A stretch of DNA of 32,000 bases from Okeania sp. (GCF_035285525.1 NZ_JAYKGW010000186.1:20671-52670); one strand, 5' to 3'. Positions 1-9,394 are shown, counted from the first letter of the stretch. Numbers and translations: made by a program. Notes: a model not told the origin generated them from the sequence alone.

Positions 1-2
1 TT

Positions 3-1976
3 GCCATTGATGCCGATCGCATTTTTCAACCCATCGAAACAGTCAACATTGCTCCTAATAAATGGTTCGTCGATGCTACCCCTGTCGTAACAACTCAAGC
101 AGGTTTGGATTTTATTCTCGACGGCGAAGAACCAGATTTAGTGATATCCGGTATCAATGAACGAGCAAATATCGGTACTAATATTGCTATTTCTTCTGGC
201 ACTGTTAGCGCTGCTACCACTGCTATCCGTCGAGGTATTCCGGCGATTGCAGTCAGTGCTGGAGGAAGTGATGAAGAAGCTACCGATAGAGCATACACTA
301 TTGGTTCTCAGTTTGTAGTAGATGCAATCGACCAGTTGATTGCCACTCAAACCCCAGGAGAAGAACTACTACCAGAAGGTGTAGGGTTGAACATCAACAT
401 TCCAGGGGAGTTTCCGGAAGGAATAGAGGGCGTGCGAGATGTAGCATTTACCAGGTTAGACGAAACTACAACTTTTAATATCTTTTTTGGCGAACTTCCC
501 TCCAGTTTTGGAGAGGGGGCAGGGGTATTGGTGAGCGGTGTCGAGCCTATAGAACCTAGTGCTATCAATGACCCGACTTCCGAAGGAGAACAATTTCTCT
601 CCGGTGCAATAACTGTTACTCCCATTGATGGCAACTGGAGTTCATCAGAAACTGTATTACAAAACTTGAGCGATCGCTTTGCTGCTGCACCCGCTAATCC
701 TACTGTCACTCCCCTCAATATTCTCATTACCAATGACGATGGTTTTGACGCTCCTGGTATAGCAGTCTGGCGCGATGCCTTAATTGCTGATGGTCACAAT
801 GTTACTTTAGTTGCTCCCAAAGAGCAGCAAAGTGGTCAGGGAACTCGTCTGGATGTAAACGCCATTTTACAACCTGTAGAAATAAGTAACTTTTCCGAAA
901 ACGAATGGTTTGTTGATAGTAGTCCCCGCACCGTTACCTGGGCAGCTTTGGATTTCATTCTCGCCGACCAACCACCAGATTTAGTAATTTCCGGTATCAA
1001 TGAAGGACAAAATATCGGTCCTGGGGGTGCGGTTTCTTCAGGAACTGTGAGTGCTGCTGTTACGGCTCTTTTGCGGGGAGTACCATCAATTGCATATCTA
1101 GGGGAAGACGACAGTCGCCCTAGTACAGAAATTGCTTATCAAATCGGCGCAGACTTTGTGGCAAACACAATCGCTCAATTACAAGCAACTCAGGGAAGCG
1201 ATTCTGGGATTTTGCCTCCAGGAACTGCCCTCAGTGTTAATATTCCAGTAGATTTCCCAGAGGGAGTCGAGGAAATACAGGGTGCTGTATTGACTTTACC
1301 CGATGCTATTACTCCCCTTGAGATTACTTTCGGTCCTCTTCCCGAAAATTTTGGTGGTGGCGTGGGATTAGGCATTGCTACTACATCACCAGATGATATT
1401 ACTAACATTCCGCCACTCTCGGAAGGGGGGCAGTTTTTGTCTGGGTTTATTACTGTATCTCCCTTAGATGGAGATTGGACAGCTCCCGACGATCTACGTT
1501 TAGCGACGAGCGATCGTCTCGCTGCTCTTAATGTTCCCCAACTGCCTGATACCGCTTTCGATCCAGTGACTGGCATTTCCGTGGAGGAACTCTATAACGA
1601 TGAGTTTTATCTGAGTAACAACCCTAGCGTTGCTTCTGCGGTAAATGAAGGAACTATATCTGATGGTTTGACTCATTTTCTTCAGTTCGGTCAAGCTGAG
1701 GGTCGCGATCCGAGCATTTTCTTCAATACGGATTTTTATTTAGCTAATAATATAGATGTAGCGACAGCAATAGCAGCAGGAGAAACGACTGCGGTTAATC
1801 ATTTCGTCAATTTTGGCGAATCGGAAGGTCGCTCCCCTAGTGCTAGTTTCGACGAAGGTTTCTATTTAGAGAACAATCCCGATGTTAGCGCTGCTGTTGC
1901 GGGTCGGGAATTTGGCAATGGTCTCCAACACTTTGTTTTATTTGGAGAAAACGAGAACCGTTTGGCAGTAGGATAA
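3..1976 (+). CDS. 5'-truncated multi-domain SurE-like 5'/3'-nucleotidase/phosphatase with C-terminal repeat region
   Basis: The frame is open from base 3 with no stop before the TTG at 105, so the gene enters from upstream of the window. One complete SurE-type domain is present (ILITNDDGFDAPGI, SGINEGQNIG, SGTVSAAV). It is preceded by the C-terminal part of a paralogous SurE domain (SGINERANIG, SGTVSAAT). Confidence 0.8.
   Translation, partial: AIDADRIFQPIETVNIAPNKWFVDATPVVTTQAGLDFILDGEEPDLVISGINERANIGTNIAISSGTVSAATTAIRRGIPAIAVSAGGSDEEATDRAYTIGSQFVVDAIDQLIATQTPGEELLPEGVGLNINIPGEFPEGIEGVRDVAFTRLDETTTFNIFFGELPSSFGEGAGVLVSGVEPIEPSAINDPTSEGEQFLSGAITVTPIDGNWSSSETVLQNLSDRFAAAPANPTVTPLNILITNDDGFDAPGIAVWRDALIADGHNVTLVAPKEQQSGQGTRLDVNAILQPVEISNFSENEWFVDSSPRTVTWAALDFILADQPPDLVISGINEGQNIGPGGAVSSGTVSAAVTALLRGVPSIAYLGEDDSRPSTEIAYQIGADFVANTIAQLQATQGSDSGILPPGTALSVNIPVDFPEGVEEIQGAVLTLPDAITPLEITFGPLPENFGGGVGLGIATTSPDDITNIPPLSEGGQFLSGFITVSPLDGDWTAPDDLRLATSDRLAALNVPQLPDTAFDPVTGISVEELYNDEFYLSNNPSVASAVNEGTISDGLTHFLQFGQAEGRDPSIFFNTDFYLANNIDVATAIAAGETTAVNHFVNFGESEGRSPSASFDEGFYLENNPDVSAAVAGREFGNGLQHFVLFGENENRLAVG
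1605..1973 (+). repeat. Three in-frame coding repeats of about 42-43 aa (FYLxNNxxVxxAxxxG....HFxxFGxxEGRxPS)
   Basis: The FY codons recur at 1605, 1734 and 1860 (spacing 129 and 126 nt), with the same motif order in the translation. Confidence 0.75.
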
Positions 1977-1982
1977 TTTGAG

Positions 1983-2044
1983 GGAAGGGAAGACAGAAAA
2001 ATCAAGGAAAAATTATTTCTCCTACTTTATCTGTCTTCCTTTCC
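1983..2044. other. Long-loop inverted repeat directly after the SurE-like stop codon
   Basis: ggaagggaagacag (1983-1996) pairs with ctgtcttcctttcc (2031-2044), 13/14 complementary. Confidence 0.35.
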
Positions 2045-2173
2045 TGGAAGCAGAGTCTATATTATTCTGACTAAAGAAAATTGACAAATTATTATGCTAA
2101 ATATCAGGAGTATTAGCGATCGCTTATCTGCTACAAAATTGTCAATCTGTCAAACTGCTAATAAAGTCAAAAT

Positions 2174-2201
2174 GTAGGGGCAAACGGCGGTTCGCCCCTA
2201 C
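2174..2201. terminator. GC-rich hairpin between convergent genes (possible bidirectional terminator or dispersed hairpin repeat)
   Basis: gtaggggcaaac-ggcg-gttcgcccctac forms a 12-bp stem with one mismatch. It lies between the SurE-like gene (+) and higA (-). Confidence 0.4.
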
Positions 2202-2285
2202 TGTTTGCTGCACTGAATTATTAGACTGGATCAAGGCAAATCAAATAGCAGACAAACGCTTGACTTCAATATCACCAATGGTCAT

Positions 2286-2528
2286 TTATGCTTGCCAGAG
2301 ATCGTACTGGGTTTGCTGTTTAAGCCAACTTTCAGCGGATGTACCAAAAGCTTTAGAAAGTCGTATGGCTATCTCAGGGGTTATGTTTGCCTTACCATTC
2401 AAGATGGCAGACAATGTTTCTTGGCTTACGCCCAAAGCTTCTGCAACCTCAGTAACGGTTAGATTCAAAGGTTCAATGCAGAGTTCTTTCAGCACTTCCC
2501 CTGGGTGGGGTGGGTTGTACATTTTCAT
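2286..2528 (-). CDS. higA: HigA-type antitoxin (XRE-family HTH)
   Basis: The translation [78 protein letters not shown] is a typical HigA. The ATG at 2528 overlaps the upstream higB-like stop (TGATG). Confidence 0.85.
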   Translation of the reverse strand: MKMYNPPHPGEVLKELCIEPLNLTVTEVAEALGVSQETLSAILNGKANITPEIAIRLSKAFGTSAESWLKQQTQYDLWQA

Positions 2529-2802
2529 CAATGGTAGTCCTCAAGATTAACATCAAAGGCATCAACTTCATTAAATTTGAAGGTGATACGCCAATTTCCA
2601 GATACTTTGACTGACCAAGTTCCTTTACGTTAGCCAGATAATTCGTGAAGTGCCAATCCAGGCAAATTCATATCTTGTGGGCAAGTTGCTACATTCAGAC
2701 GTGCTAAAATCAGTCTGATGCGATTAACATATTTAGCTTGAATACCACGAGTTCCGATTCAAAAAATCGCTCTAAACCACGATGCTTGAAGTTAATTATC
2801 AT
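2528..2802 (-). pseudogene. higB: HigB/RelE-type toxin pseudogene (one frameshift plus one in-frame TAA)
   Basis: Minus-strand reading gives MIINFKHRGLERFFES. After a 1-nt shift it continues [74 protein letters not shown]. The length is 275 nt, not a multiple of 3. Confidence 0.8.
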
Positions 2803-2865
2803 TATTATCTTACATGAAAAATAGGAGCTAATTATAACTCTTATTTAAACTGAGAACTTCAACCT

Positions 2866-3276
2866 TTAGAAGACAGGAATATAAACCTTAGCACCAGAAA
2901 ACTGGAAGTAAAACTCATCTCCAACTCGTCTCCACGAACCGTCAATTCTATCCACATAACGTCCTTGATAAACTTCTATAATCGCATCACCGCTTTTACC
3001 TGCATAAATAGTTGCTCCTTCATCTGTATGTGGAACACCAACTTTGTAAATAGCTCCATTCTGATTGCGCTCTCTACCGATCAAACAGTATCGAGTCCTA
3101 TGACCGTTTCTAGCTATTAGATCAACTTCTAAATAATTAAATCTTTTGCAATTTACAGGACGAGAAAAACTTGGCTTTGCCATTCTTAACAAGGATACAA
3201 AGATAAGTATTGGAACAATCTTTATCCCACCTCCTTGCATAATTTTATGAATTAAATGCACCATAATAGCCTCCAA
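2866..3276 (-). CDS. Hypothetical small protein with a hydrophobic N-terminus (possibly exported)
   Basis: 136-codon ORF. An internal start at MQGGGIKIVPILIFVSLLRMAKP looks signal-peptide-like. I recognise no family. Confidence 0.45.
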   Translation of the reverse strand: MEAIMVHLIHKIMQGGGIKIVPILIFVSLLRMAKPSFSRPVNCKRFNYLEVDLIARNGHRTRYCLIGRERNQNGAIYKVGVPHTDEGATIYAGKSGDAIIEVYQGRYVDRIDGSWRRVGDEFYFQFSGAKVYIPVF

Positions 3277-3478
3277 AATAAGTAAATTGTACCTATATAA
3301 TTAATCAGGTTACTGTACGATTAATTATGCAGAAAAATCGGAATAGACTATAAACTATTATTTCTAATACCTAGAGAACTGAGGGAAAAAATAAAATTGT
3401 GCTCAATGTTTAGGGATGAATGGGCAGCTATAATCTATATATAGAGCCTTGGTGCGTTACGAACTGGGCTAACAAACC

Positions 3479-3651
3479 CTAGTGGCGCGTCAAGACTAAA
3501 ATTCTGGTTTAGAAGCAAGCAACAAGCGAAGACCTCTCCCCCAACCCCTCTCCTGCGAGGAGAGGGGGGTTCTCTCCCCCTTCCCTTGCAGGGAAGGGGG
3601 TTGGGGGGTTAGGTTTTTTAACCTACATTTTCAAGCTTGATGCGCCACTAG
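3479..3651. mobile_element. MITE-like element with 16-bp terminal inverted repeats and nested G/C-rich palindromes
   Basis: ctagtggcgcgtcaag (3479-3494) matches cttgatgcgccactag (3636-3651) at 15/16. Internal hairpins are cccctctcctgcgaggagagggg and ccccttcccttgcagggaagggg. Confidence 0.6.
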
Positions 3652-3788
3652 CAATAGTAAGTCTTGTTTGTGTGACGAAATTTTCAGCAAAGAATAGTAC
3701 CACAAGAATAAAGTAATTCTAGTTGTCAACTAAAGGTAATAAAACTGATAGCTAATAGCTCACTGCTAAATAGCTAAATGTTTACCTA

Positions 3789-4116
3789 TTAATAAACAGC
3801 AAAATCAGTAATCTTACGTCCCTCAGGTGTTTTGAAAGCAAGTACAATTTGGTGATGAGGTACACCTAAATTAACAAGTTCATTATCAACACCATCTTGT
3901 TGTATCTAAAATTTTTTGGTTGATCATCTCAAGATGAATTAAAGTTCTATAAAATCGTCTACTTTTTTGCCAACCTATTTATATTAGTAAGTAATGATTT
4001 CGAGTTTCATCTATAACTAATTGACATTGCATTTCTGGGTCATTTCCAATATATTCAATATAGTCTTCTAAGACTTTAATAATTACTTCCTTAAGTTCAA
4101 TATTTAACATATCCAT
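3789..4116 (-). pseudogene. xisI: XisI-family protein pseudogene (in-frame TAA plus frameshift)
   Basis: Translation: MDMLNIELKEVIIKVLEDYIEYIGNDPEMQCQLVIDETRNHYLLI*IGWQKSRRFYRTLIHLEMINQKI, then frame change, then IQQDGVDNELVNLGVPHHQIVLAFKTPEGRKITDFAVY*. This matches the XisI pattern. The length is 328 nt. Confidence 0.8.
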
Positions 4117-4160
4117 CTAACGGGATTAAAGCTAAAAAGATGTAATATTTGATTGAGGTA

Positions 4161-4178
4161 CTGATAACTGATAACTGA
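4161..4178. repeat. STRR-like heptamer tandem repeat (CTGATAA/TTATCAG)
   Basis: The sequence ctgataactgataactga is present. The same unit recurs at 6857-6874, 26067-26084 and 27873-27897. Confidence 0.85.
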
Positions 4179-4340
4179 ATTTAACGTATCCATTTAACAA
4201 TTACCTCTTCAGTAGGATTAAAACTAAAAAGACGTAATATTCGATCTTCTATTAACATTATTCCAGCTTCTTCTTCAAAAACTGATTGACGTACTTTTTC
4301 AGAAACAGCTAAATATAATTTTCCCTCAGATTATTCAGCA

Positions 4341-4602
4341 ATTAATAATTAGGGTTTGCTGATTAAATATGACAACATTAACAGATAAAGGTAAGTGCCT
4401 TTTTTAGTCCGGAAAAAGTACCAGCTTTTAGGTCTTGAAAGCTAAAAAGTCTAGTATTTTTGGCTAATTGTGACAGAAAATCCAGGGATAAGTCTTCCTC
4501 CTACCTCTTCTGTAATTCCCATTCCTCCTGGATTGCTGGATTGCTGGATTCTGACTCCTCCCCCTACCACTCATACTTTTTCAGCAAACCTTAATTAATA
4601 AT
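4341..4602. mobile_element. 262-bp MITE inserted in xisH
   Basis: The terminal inverted repeats are attaataattagggtttgctga (4341-4362) and tcagcaaaccttaattaataat (4581-4602). The left roughly 85 bp recur at 15591-15677. Confidence 0.6.
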
Positions 4603-5091
4603 TATATTACCCCTTCTTCAAAGAAGAGGATTGACTAATCAGGAAAATTTTTATCCCCTTAAAAGGGGAGGCTTCCAGGCGTGAATTGTTGAATGAATAA
4701 TTATTGACTATCAACTTTGAATTATTAATTATTAACTATTAATTATTAATTATTCGGTAACGATTTAAAATATGTTCATACAACACAAAATGACCAATAG
4801 CTTGTTCTAAATCCTTCATTTCCGAAGCACTCCGAAAACTTTTGACTTCAATAGCAATTTTTTCTAGTCCTTTTGCTGCTCCAATGAGACGTTCTGCACC
4901 TAAATCGACAAATAAATTTTTGCCCCTTGTAAGTTTAGGACGATATGGATCGTGAGTAATTGTCTATCCATCTTTTAAAAGAGCAGATTTAACAGTATTA
5001 TGATAATAATCGCGGGCTGGCATTATGGCTATTTTCCTTAACAGTAATTAGCTATGATTAATTATAGCTTTTTGTTACTGCTTTGATATAA

Positions 5092-6855
5092 ATGCAATCT
5101 AAAATTCAAACCTTACCAAAAGAAGTTGTCAATTTAATTGCTGCTGGAGAAGTGATAGATTCTTTAGCAGCGGTAGTCCGAGAATTAGTAGAAAATTCTC
5201 TGGATGCTGGTGCAACTCGGATCATAATTTCTATCTTTTCTGAACAGTGGCGAATCCAAATTTCTGATAATGGAATGGGTATGAATTTAGTTAATTTAAA
5301 ACAAGCAGCAAATCCTCACAGTACGAGCAAAATTACTAATCTTAAAGACCTGACAAAAATTACCAGTTTAGGATTTCGGGGAGAAGCACTTCATAGTTTA
5401 GCAAATCTCTCCAATTTAGAAATATTAAGTCGTCCTAAATTACCTATTTCGGAAAAGGAAAATGAAGGTTGGCGAGTTCTTTATAATCAACAAGGAAAAG
5501 CTATTAAAACTGAAAGAGTTGCTATTGCCCCTGGTACTATTGTCAAAGTTTCTAATCTCTTTGGGAAATGGCCTGTACGTCGTCATGCAATGCCTTCTCC
5601 AGGACAACAAATGCGCGGCATACAATTAATTATTCAGCAAATATCTCTTTGTTATCCTGATGTGACTTGGCAAGTTTGGCAGGGTAGTAAATTATGGATA
5701 CAAATTAGTCCTGGCGCTACGGCAAAACAAATTTTACCTCAATTTTTATCGACAGTAAGATTGAATGATTTACAATATATTCAACAAGAAATTGATGAGG
5801 AAGAACCAAAAGAATTAAATGCCGAAATATCAAATTTTTCCGAATATAAAGATTCTCAAATTTTGGATAGACAATCATTAGAATTAGTCTTAGGTTTACC
5901 TGATAGATGTCATCGCCGAAGACCAGATTGGGTAAAAGTTGCTATTAATAATAGGGTAGTAAAAGTTCCAGAATTAGAACAAACAATTATTAGTTCTTTA
6001 GCGCGGACTTGTCCTCGCGATCGCTATCCTGTCTGTTTTATTCATTTACAAATTTTTCCCTATCAAATTAACTGGAACCGTCATCCGGCAAAAACAGAAA
6101 TTTATCTAGATAATTTGAAATTTTGGCAACAACAAATCAATCTAACAATTGGGAAAGCATTACAATTTAGTTCACAGATTATGCCAGAATTTCCTTTATC
6201 AGAAAGAGTGGAAAAAATCTTAAAAGTCTCAGAAAATACAGGCAATTATCAAAGTCGTCGAGTTCTAGAAAATTCACCAGATAATTCTGAACAAGAAAAT
6301 CAAGAATTAGGATTAATAGAATTAAAAGCGATCGCTCAATTACACAAAACTTATATATTAGCTGAACATCCCAATGGAATTTGGTTGATAGAACAACATA
6401 TTGCCCATGAAAGAATTTTATATGAAAAATTATGCGATGCTTGGCAAATAATTTATTTAGAAACTCCGATTATTTTACATCATTTATCTTCTGTTCAAAT
6501 AGAACAACTTCAACGGTTAAATATAGAAGTAGAAATCTTTGGAGATTTTCTTTGGGCTGCTCGTACTGCTCCGGCAATGTTAGCTAAAAGAAATGACTGT
6601 GCCGATGCTTTAATTGAACTTAGTAAAGGTGGCGATTTAGAATCAGCTAAAGTAGCTACAGCTTGTCGTAGTGCTATTAGAAATGGAACTGCTTTAAGCC
6701 TACCACAAATGCAAAGTTTATTAAATAAATGGCAACTTACTCGAAACCCTCGTACTTGTCCTCATGGTAGACCAATTTATTTATCTTTAGAAGAATCAGC
6801 TTTAGCTCGTTTCTTTAGAAGAAATTGGGTAATTGGAAAAAGTCATGGCATTTAA
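5092..6855 (+). CDS. mutL: DNA mismatch repair protein MutL
   Basis: The N-terminal GHKL ATPase motifs are present (LIAAGEVIDSLAAVVRELVENSLDAGATRI, ISDNGMGM, TSKI, GFRGEAL). The C-terminal dimerisation region ends in CPHGRP. Confidence 0.95.
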   Translation: MQSKIQTLPKEVVNLIAAGEVIDSLAAVVRELVENSLDAGATRIIISIFSEQWRIQISDNGMGMNLVNLKQAANPHSTSKITNLKDLTKITSLGFRGEALHSLANLSNLEILSRPKLPISEKENEGWRVLYNQQGKAIKTERVAIAPGTIVKVSNLFGKWPVRRHAMPSPGQQMRGIQLIIQQISLCYPDVTWQVWQGSKLWIQISPGATAKQILPQFLSTVRLNDLQYIQQEIDEEEPKELNAEISNFSEYKDSQILDRQSLELVLGLPDRCHRRRPDWVKVAINNRVVKVPELEQTIISSLARTCPRDRYPVCFIHLQIFPYQINWNRHPAKTEIYLDNLKFWQQQINLTIGKALQFSSQIMPEFPLSERVEKILKVSENTGNYQSRRVLENSPDNSEQENQELGLIELKAIAQLHKTYILAEHPNGIWLIEQHIAHERILYEKLCDAWQIIYLETPIILHHLSSVQIEQLQRLNIEVEIFGDFLWAARTAPAMLAKRNDCADALIELSKGGDLESAKVATACRSAIRNGTALSLPQMQSLLNKWQLTRNPRTCPHGRPIYLSLEESALARFFRRNWVIGKSHGI

Positions 6856-6856
6856 A

Positions 6857-6874
6857 CAGTTATCAGTTATCAGT
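6857..6874. repeat. STRR-like heptamer repeat immediately after the mutL stop
   Basis: The sequence cagttatcagttatcagt is present. Confidence 0.8.
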
Positions 6875-6879
6875 AATTT

Positions 6880-7036
6880 TAAGGTTACTCTCAGATTTAT
6901 ATAAACCTGCCCTCATGCACATTTTTAACTGTGTCAGTAATAGTGCAATAGTAGGGGCAGGTTTTTGCTAGAACTTTAATGGTTAATCTCAGATTTATAT
7001 AAACCCGCCCTCATGCACATTTTTAACTGTGTCAGT
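6880..7036. repeat. Two direct copies of a roughly 59-bp repeat; the first forms a hairpin with a downstream arm
   Basis: The sequence ctcagatttatataaacc[t/c]gccctcatgcacatttttaactgtgtcagt occurs at 6891-6938 and 6989-7036. aaacctgccc pairs with ggggcaggttt at 6954-6964. Confidence 0.7.
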
Positions 7037-7307
7037 CTAGTAGAATAAATTAAAAAACTTTCAAATTTTTTTATATATTTTTGATTTCCAAATCCACAGA
7101 AATAATGGAGAATAAGTCAGAAATTTGTCAGATTTTTTCTTAGGGCTTTCCTTACCAAACTCAAAGTAAGAAGGTAAGCATTCAGCTATTAGCGGTCAGC
7201 AATAATATTCTGTCTTAAAGCTATCGATTATAAAGTTCTATGTCAATAGAGATGTTTATTAAAGTATAGTTTTAAAACAGGGGTTGAAATCTCAAACAAA
7301 AATAATG

Positions 7308-7341
7308 GTTGATAGCTAATAGCTGACGGCTGAATGCTGAC
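7308..7341. repeat. Degenerate heptamer (GCTGAxx-type) STRR block
   Basis: The sequence is ggttgatagctaatagctgacggctgaatgctgac. Near-identical blocks are at 8525-8560, and related ones at 11581-11609, 11652-11684, 24285-24310 and 27577-27615. Confidence 0.75.
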
Positions 7342-7529
7342 AATAAGGTTTAATAGTATTAGCGATCGCTTCATGGTACAATTATAATTCTGACGATTTC
7401 ATAATTAGGTAGTTTGATAAATGATGTAATTATAAAATTATAGTAAGACAATTAGCTGACTGTAAATTTACGCTAAAGCTTGATTATAACCTAGTCAAAA
7501 ATAATTTTAATTATAATTGGGTACTAAAT

Positions 7530-8354
7530 ATGAATGATTCTCCATATCGACAGTTATTTTATTCAGAAATTAATCAATCTGATGAACAAATAGATTTAGC
7601 TAAAGCTGCTCTTTATTTAGCATTAGAAGATGATAGAGAATTTGACCCCGATGAATATCTAAACGCTCTTGATACAATGGCAAATGAAGTGCAAGAAACA
7701 TTGCCAGAATCTCTCTATCCTTTACGAATTATTAAAAGTATAAATAAGTATCTTTATAATGATTTAGGCTTGACTGGAAATACAACTAATTATTACGACC
7801 CTAAAAATAGTTTCCTCAATCAAGTAATAGAAAGACGTACTGGCATCCCAATTACTTTATCCCTAGTTTATCTGGAAATTGCTAAAAGAATTAATTTTCC
7901 TATGGTTGGTATTGGAATGCCAGGACATTTCTTAATTCAACCTGATTTTGAAGAAGCTGGTATATTTGTAGATGCTTTTAACCAAGGAGAAATTCTTTTT
8001 CCTCAAGATTGTCAAGAAAGATTGGCCCAAATTTATGGTCAACCAGTGGAACTGCAACCTCAGTTTTTCGCAACTATAAGTAATAAGCAGTTTCTAGCAC
8101 GAATTTTGACAAATCTTAAGGTAATATATTTAAACAGAAATGAAGGGTTAAAAGCTATTGCAGCCATTGACCGAATTTTACTATTATTTCCAAATGCAGT
8201 TGTCGAAAAGCGAGACCGAGGCGTATTATATTGTCAGCTAAATTTTTGGGCAGAAGCTCGTCAAGATTTAGAAAGTTATGTAGTTAATATTCCTCAAGCT
8301 GAGGATGCAGAGATAATTAGGCAATTATTGGCTAAAATGATAACTGATAGCTGA
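7530..8354 (+). CDS. SirB1/UPF0162-like protein (transglutaminase-like N-terminus plus TPR-like C-terminus)
   Basis: 274-aa ORF with a family-typical core (NYYDPKNSFLNQVIERRTGIPITLSLVYLEIAKRINFPMVGIGMPGHFLI) and a helical-repeat tail. Confidence 0.75.
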   Translation: MNDSPYRQLFYSEINQSDEQIDLAKAALYLALEDDREFDPDEYLNALDTMANEVQETLPESLYPLRIIKSINKYLYNDLGLTGNTTNYYDPKNSFLNQVIERRTGIPITLSLVYLEIAKRINFPMVGIGMPGHFLIQPDFEEAGIFVDAFNQGEILFPQDCQERLAQIYGQPVELQPQFFATISNKQFLARILTNLKVIYLNRNEGLKAIAAIDRILLLFPNAVVEKRDRGVLYCQLNFWAEARQDLESYVVNIPQAEDAEIIRQLLAKMITDS

Positions 8355-8614
8355 TTTTAACCTCTTTTATTATCAGCATTTTCTGCGGAATACTTTCCTA
8401 CGGGATGCTACGCTTTCCGCAAACATAACTTTTAATTTTCGAAGGTTAGCTGACAGAAATGTTTCATTATTATTCACACCTTGACTACTAATTCCTTCTA
8501 CCAGGATAATGAGTTAATAACTTATAGCTGATAGTTAATAGCTGACGGCTGAATGCTTACCAAAAAAAACTATTGAACAGTAATGTAATCATTAAAATTG
8601 TGAGGAATAACACC

Positions 8615-9262
8615 ATGAAAAGTCTTTTAAATTTAGGAGCATCTATCAAAAAATTATTTCAATTTGCTGGTTTCAGTAAACAATCATCCAAATTGTTATA
8701 CATTTCTTTAGCAGGATTTTTAACAATTATTTCTAGTATTTTAATTTTTACTTCTCAACCAGCAAATGCGATAGATGAAATTAAAATTACCTATGGCTCT
8801 ATTAATATACCTTTAGCTATTGCTGATTTAGAGAAATTTGCCGATACAGGAGAACAGTCCGAGCAATTAAAATCACTATTTTTAACAGCGGATGCTACCC
8901 AGGAAAATATTAAAACAGTCCGGCAAATTTTAACTTATAAGTTAAAGGTTGAACCTGATTTTATAACGAATTTATTAGAATCACGTTATGGAGGACTTGC
9001 TGTTGTAGAATTTAGTCGCTATTTTGCTCCAGATAGTGATGTCTCTCAAATAACCGATGATATTTTGGCTACAATTGACGAAATTATTGATGATGGAGAA
9101 GTATCGTTTTTAGAACTGGTACAAAAGTTTAAGTGGACTGATAAAGTGGTCATTAATGCTAAAGGTATTGAAACATTCTTTGTAGAAGCTATAGAATTGG
9201 CCAAAAGAGGAGTAGAATTTTTGAAAGAACAACCACAAGTACAAGAAGTTATCTGTGAATAA
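8615..9262 (+). CDS. Cyanobacterial DUF1400-like exported protein
   Basis: ATG at 8615 (the track ORF starts at an upstream TTG). There is a hydrophobic signal or anchor, then IKITYGSINIPLAIADLEKFADTGEQSEQLKSLF, which is typical of the DUF1400 N-terminal module. Confidence 0.65.
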   Translation: MKSLLNLGASIKKLFQFAGFSKQSSKLLYISLAGFLTIISSILIFTSQPANAIDEIKITYGSINIPLAIADLEKFADTGEQSEQLKSLFLTADATQENIKTVRQILTYKLKVEPDFITNLLESRYGGLAVVEFSRYFAPDSDVSQITDDILATIDEIIDDGEVSFLELVQKFKWTDKVVINAKGIETFFVEAIELAKRGVEFLKEQPQVQEVICE

Positions 9263-9394
9263 CTTATTTTAAGTAGTGTGGGAAGTATAATGACTGTGGG
9301 AAGTGCTGGTAGAAACTATTTTATCTTGACTATCTAGGAATTTTGTATATAACTTTCCTACCCACTCCCTACTCCCTCACTCCTCGACTACTCC

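Larger units (their letters stand above)
4117..5023 (-). pseudogene. xisH: XisH-family protein pseudogene, fragmented by repeat insertions
   Basis: The N-terminal part (5023 down to about 4752) reads MPARDYYHNTVKSALLKDG*TITHDPYRPKLTRGKNLFVDLGAERLIGAAKGLEKIAIEVKSFRSASEMKDLEQAIGHFVLYEHILNRY. The C-terminal part (about 4330-4190) reads LYLAVSEKVRQSVFEEEAGIMLIEDRILRLFSFNPTEEVIVKW. Between them lie a 262-bp MITE and AT-rich microsatellite. The extreme 3' end is duplicated on either side of a heptamer repeat (about 4117-4160 versus 4185-4255). Confidence 0.75.

Noticed and set aside
95-1694. Minus-strand ORFs 95..298, 138..350, 347..733, 1190..1576 and 1500..1694
   Set aside because: All lie antisense within the SurE-like gene, which has clear family motifs. 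Their translations are low-complexity with no motifs. They are likely shadow ORFs of a relatively GC-richer gene.
2260-2550. Plus-strand 96-aa ORF
   Set aside because: It is antisense to higA, whose translation is an unmistakable HigA-type HTH antitoxin.
5440-5625. Minus-strand 61-aa ORF inside mutL
   Set aside because: It is antisense to a well-supported MutL coding region and has no motif.
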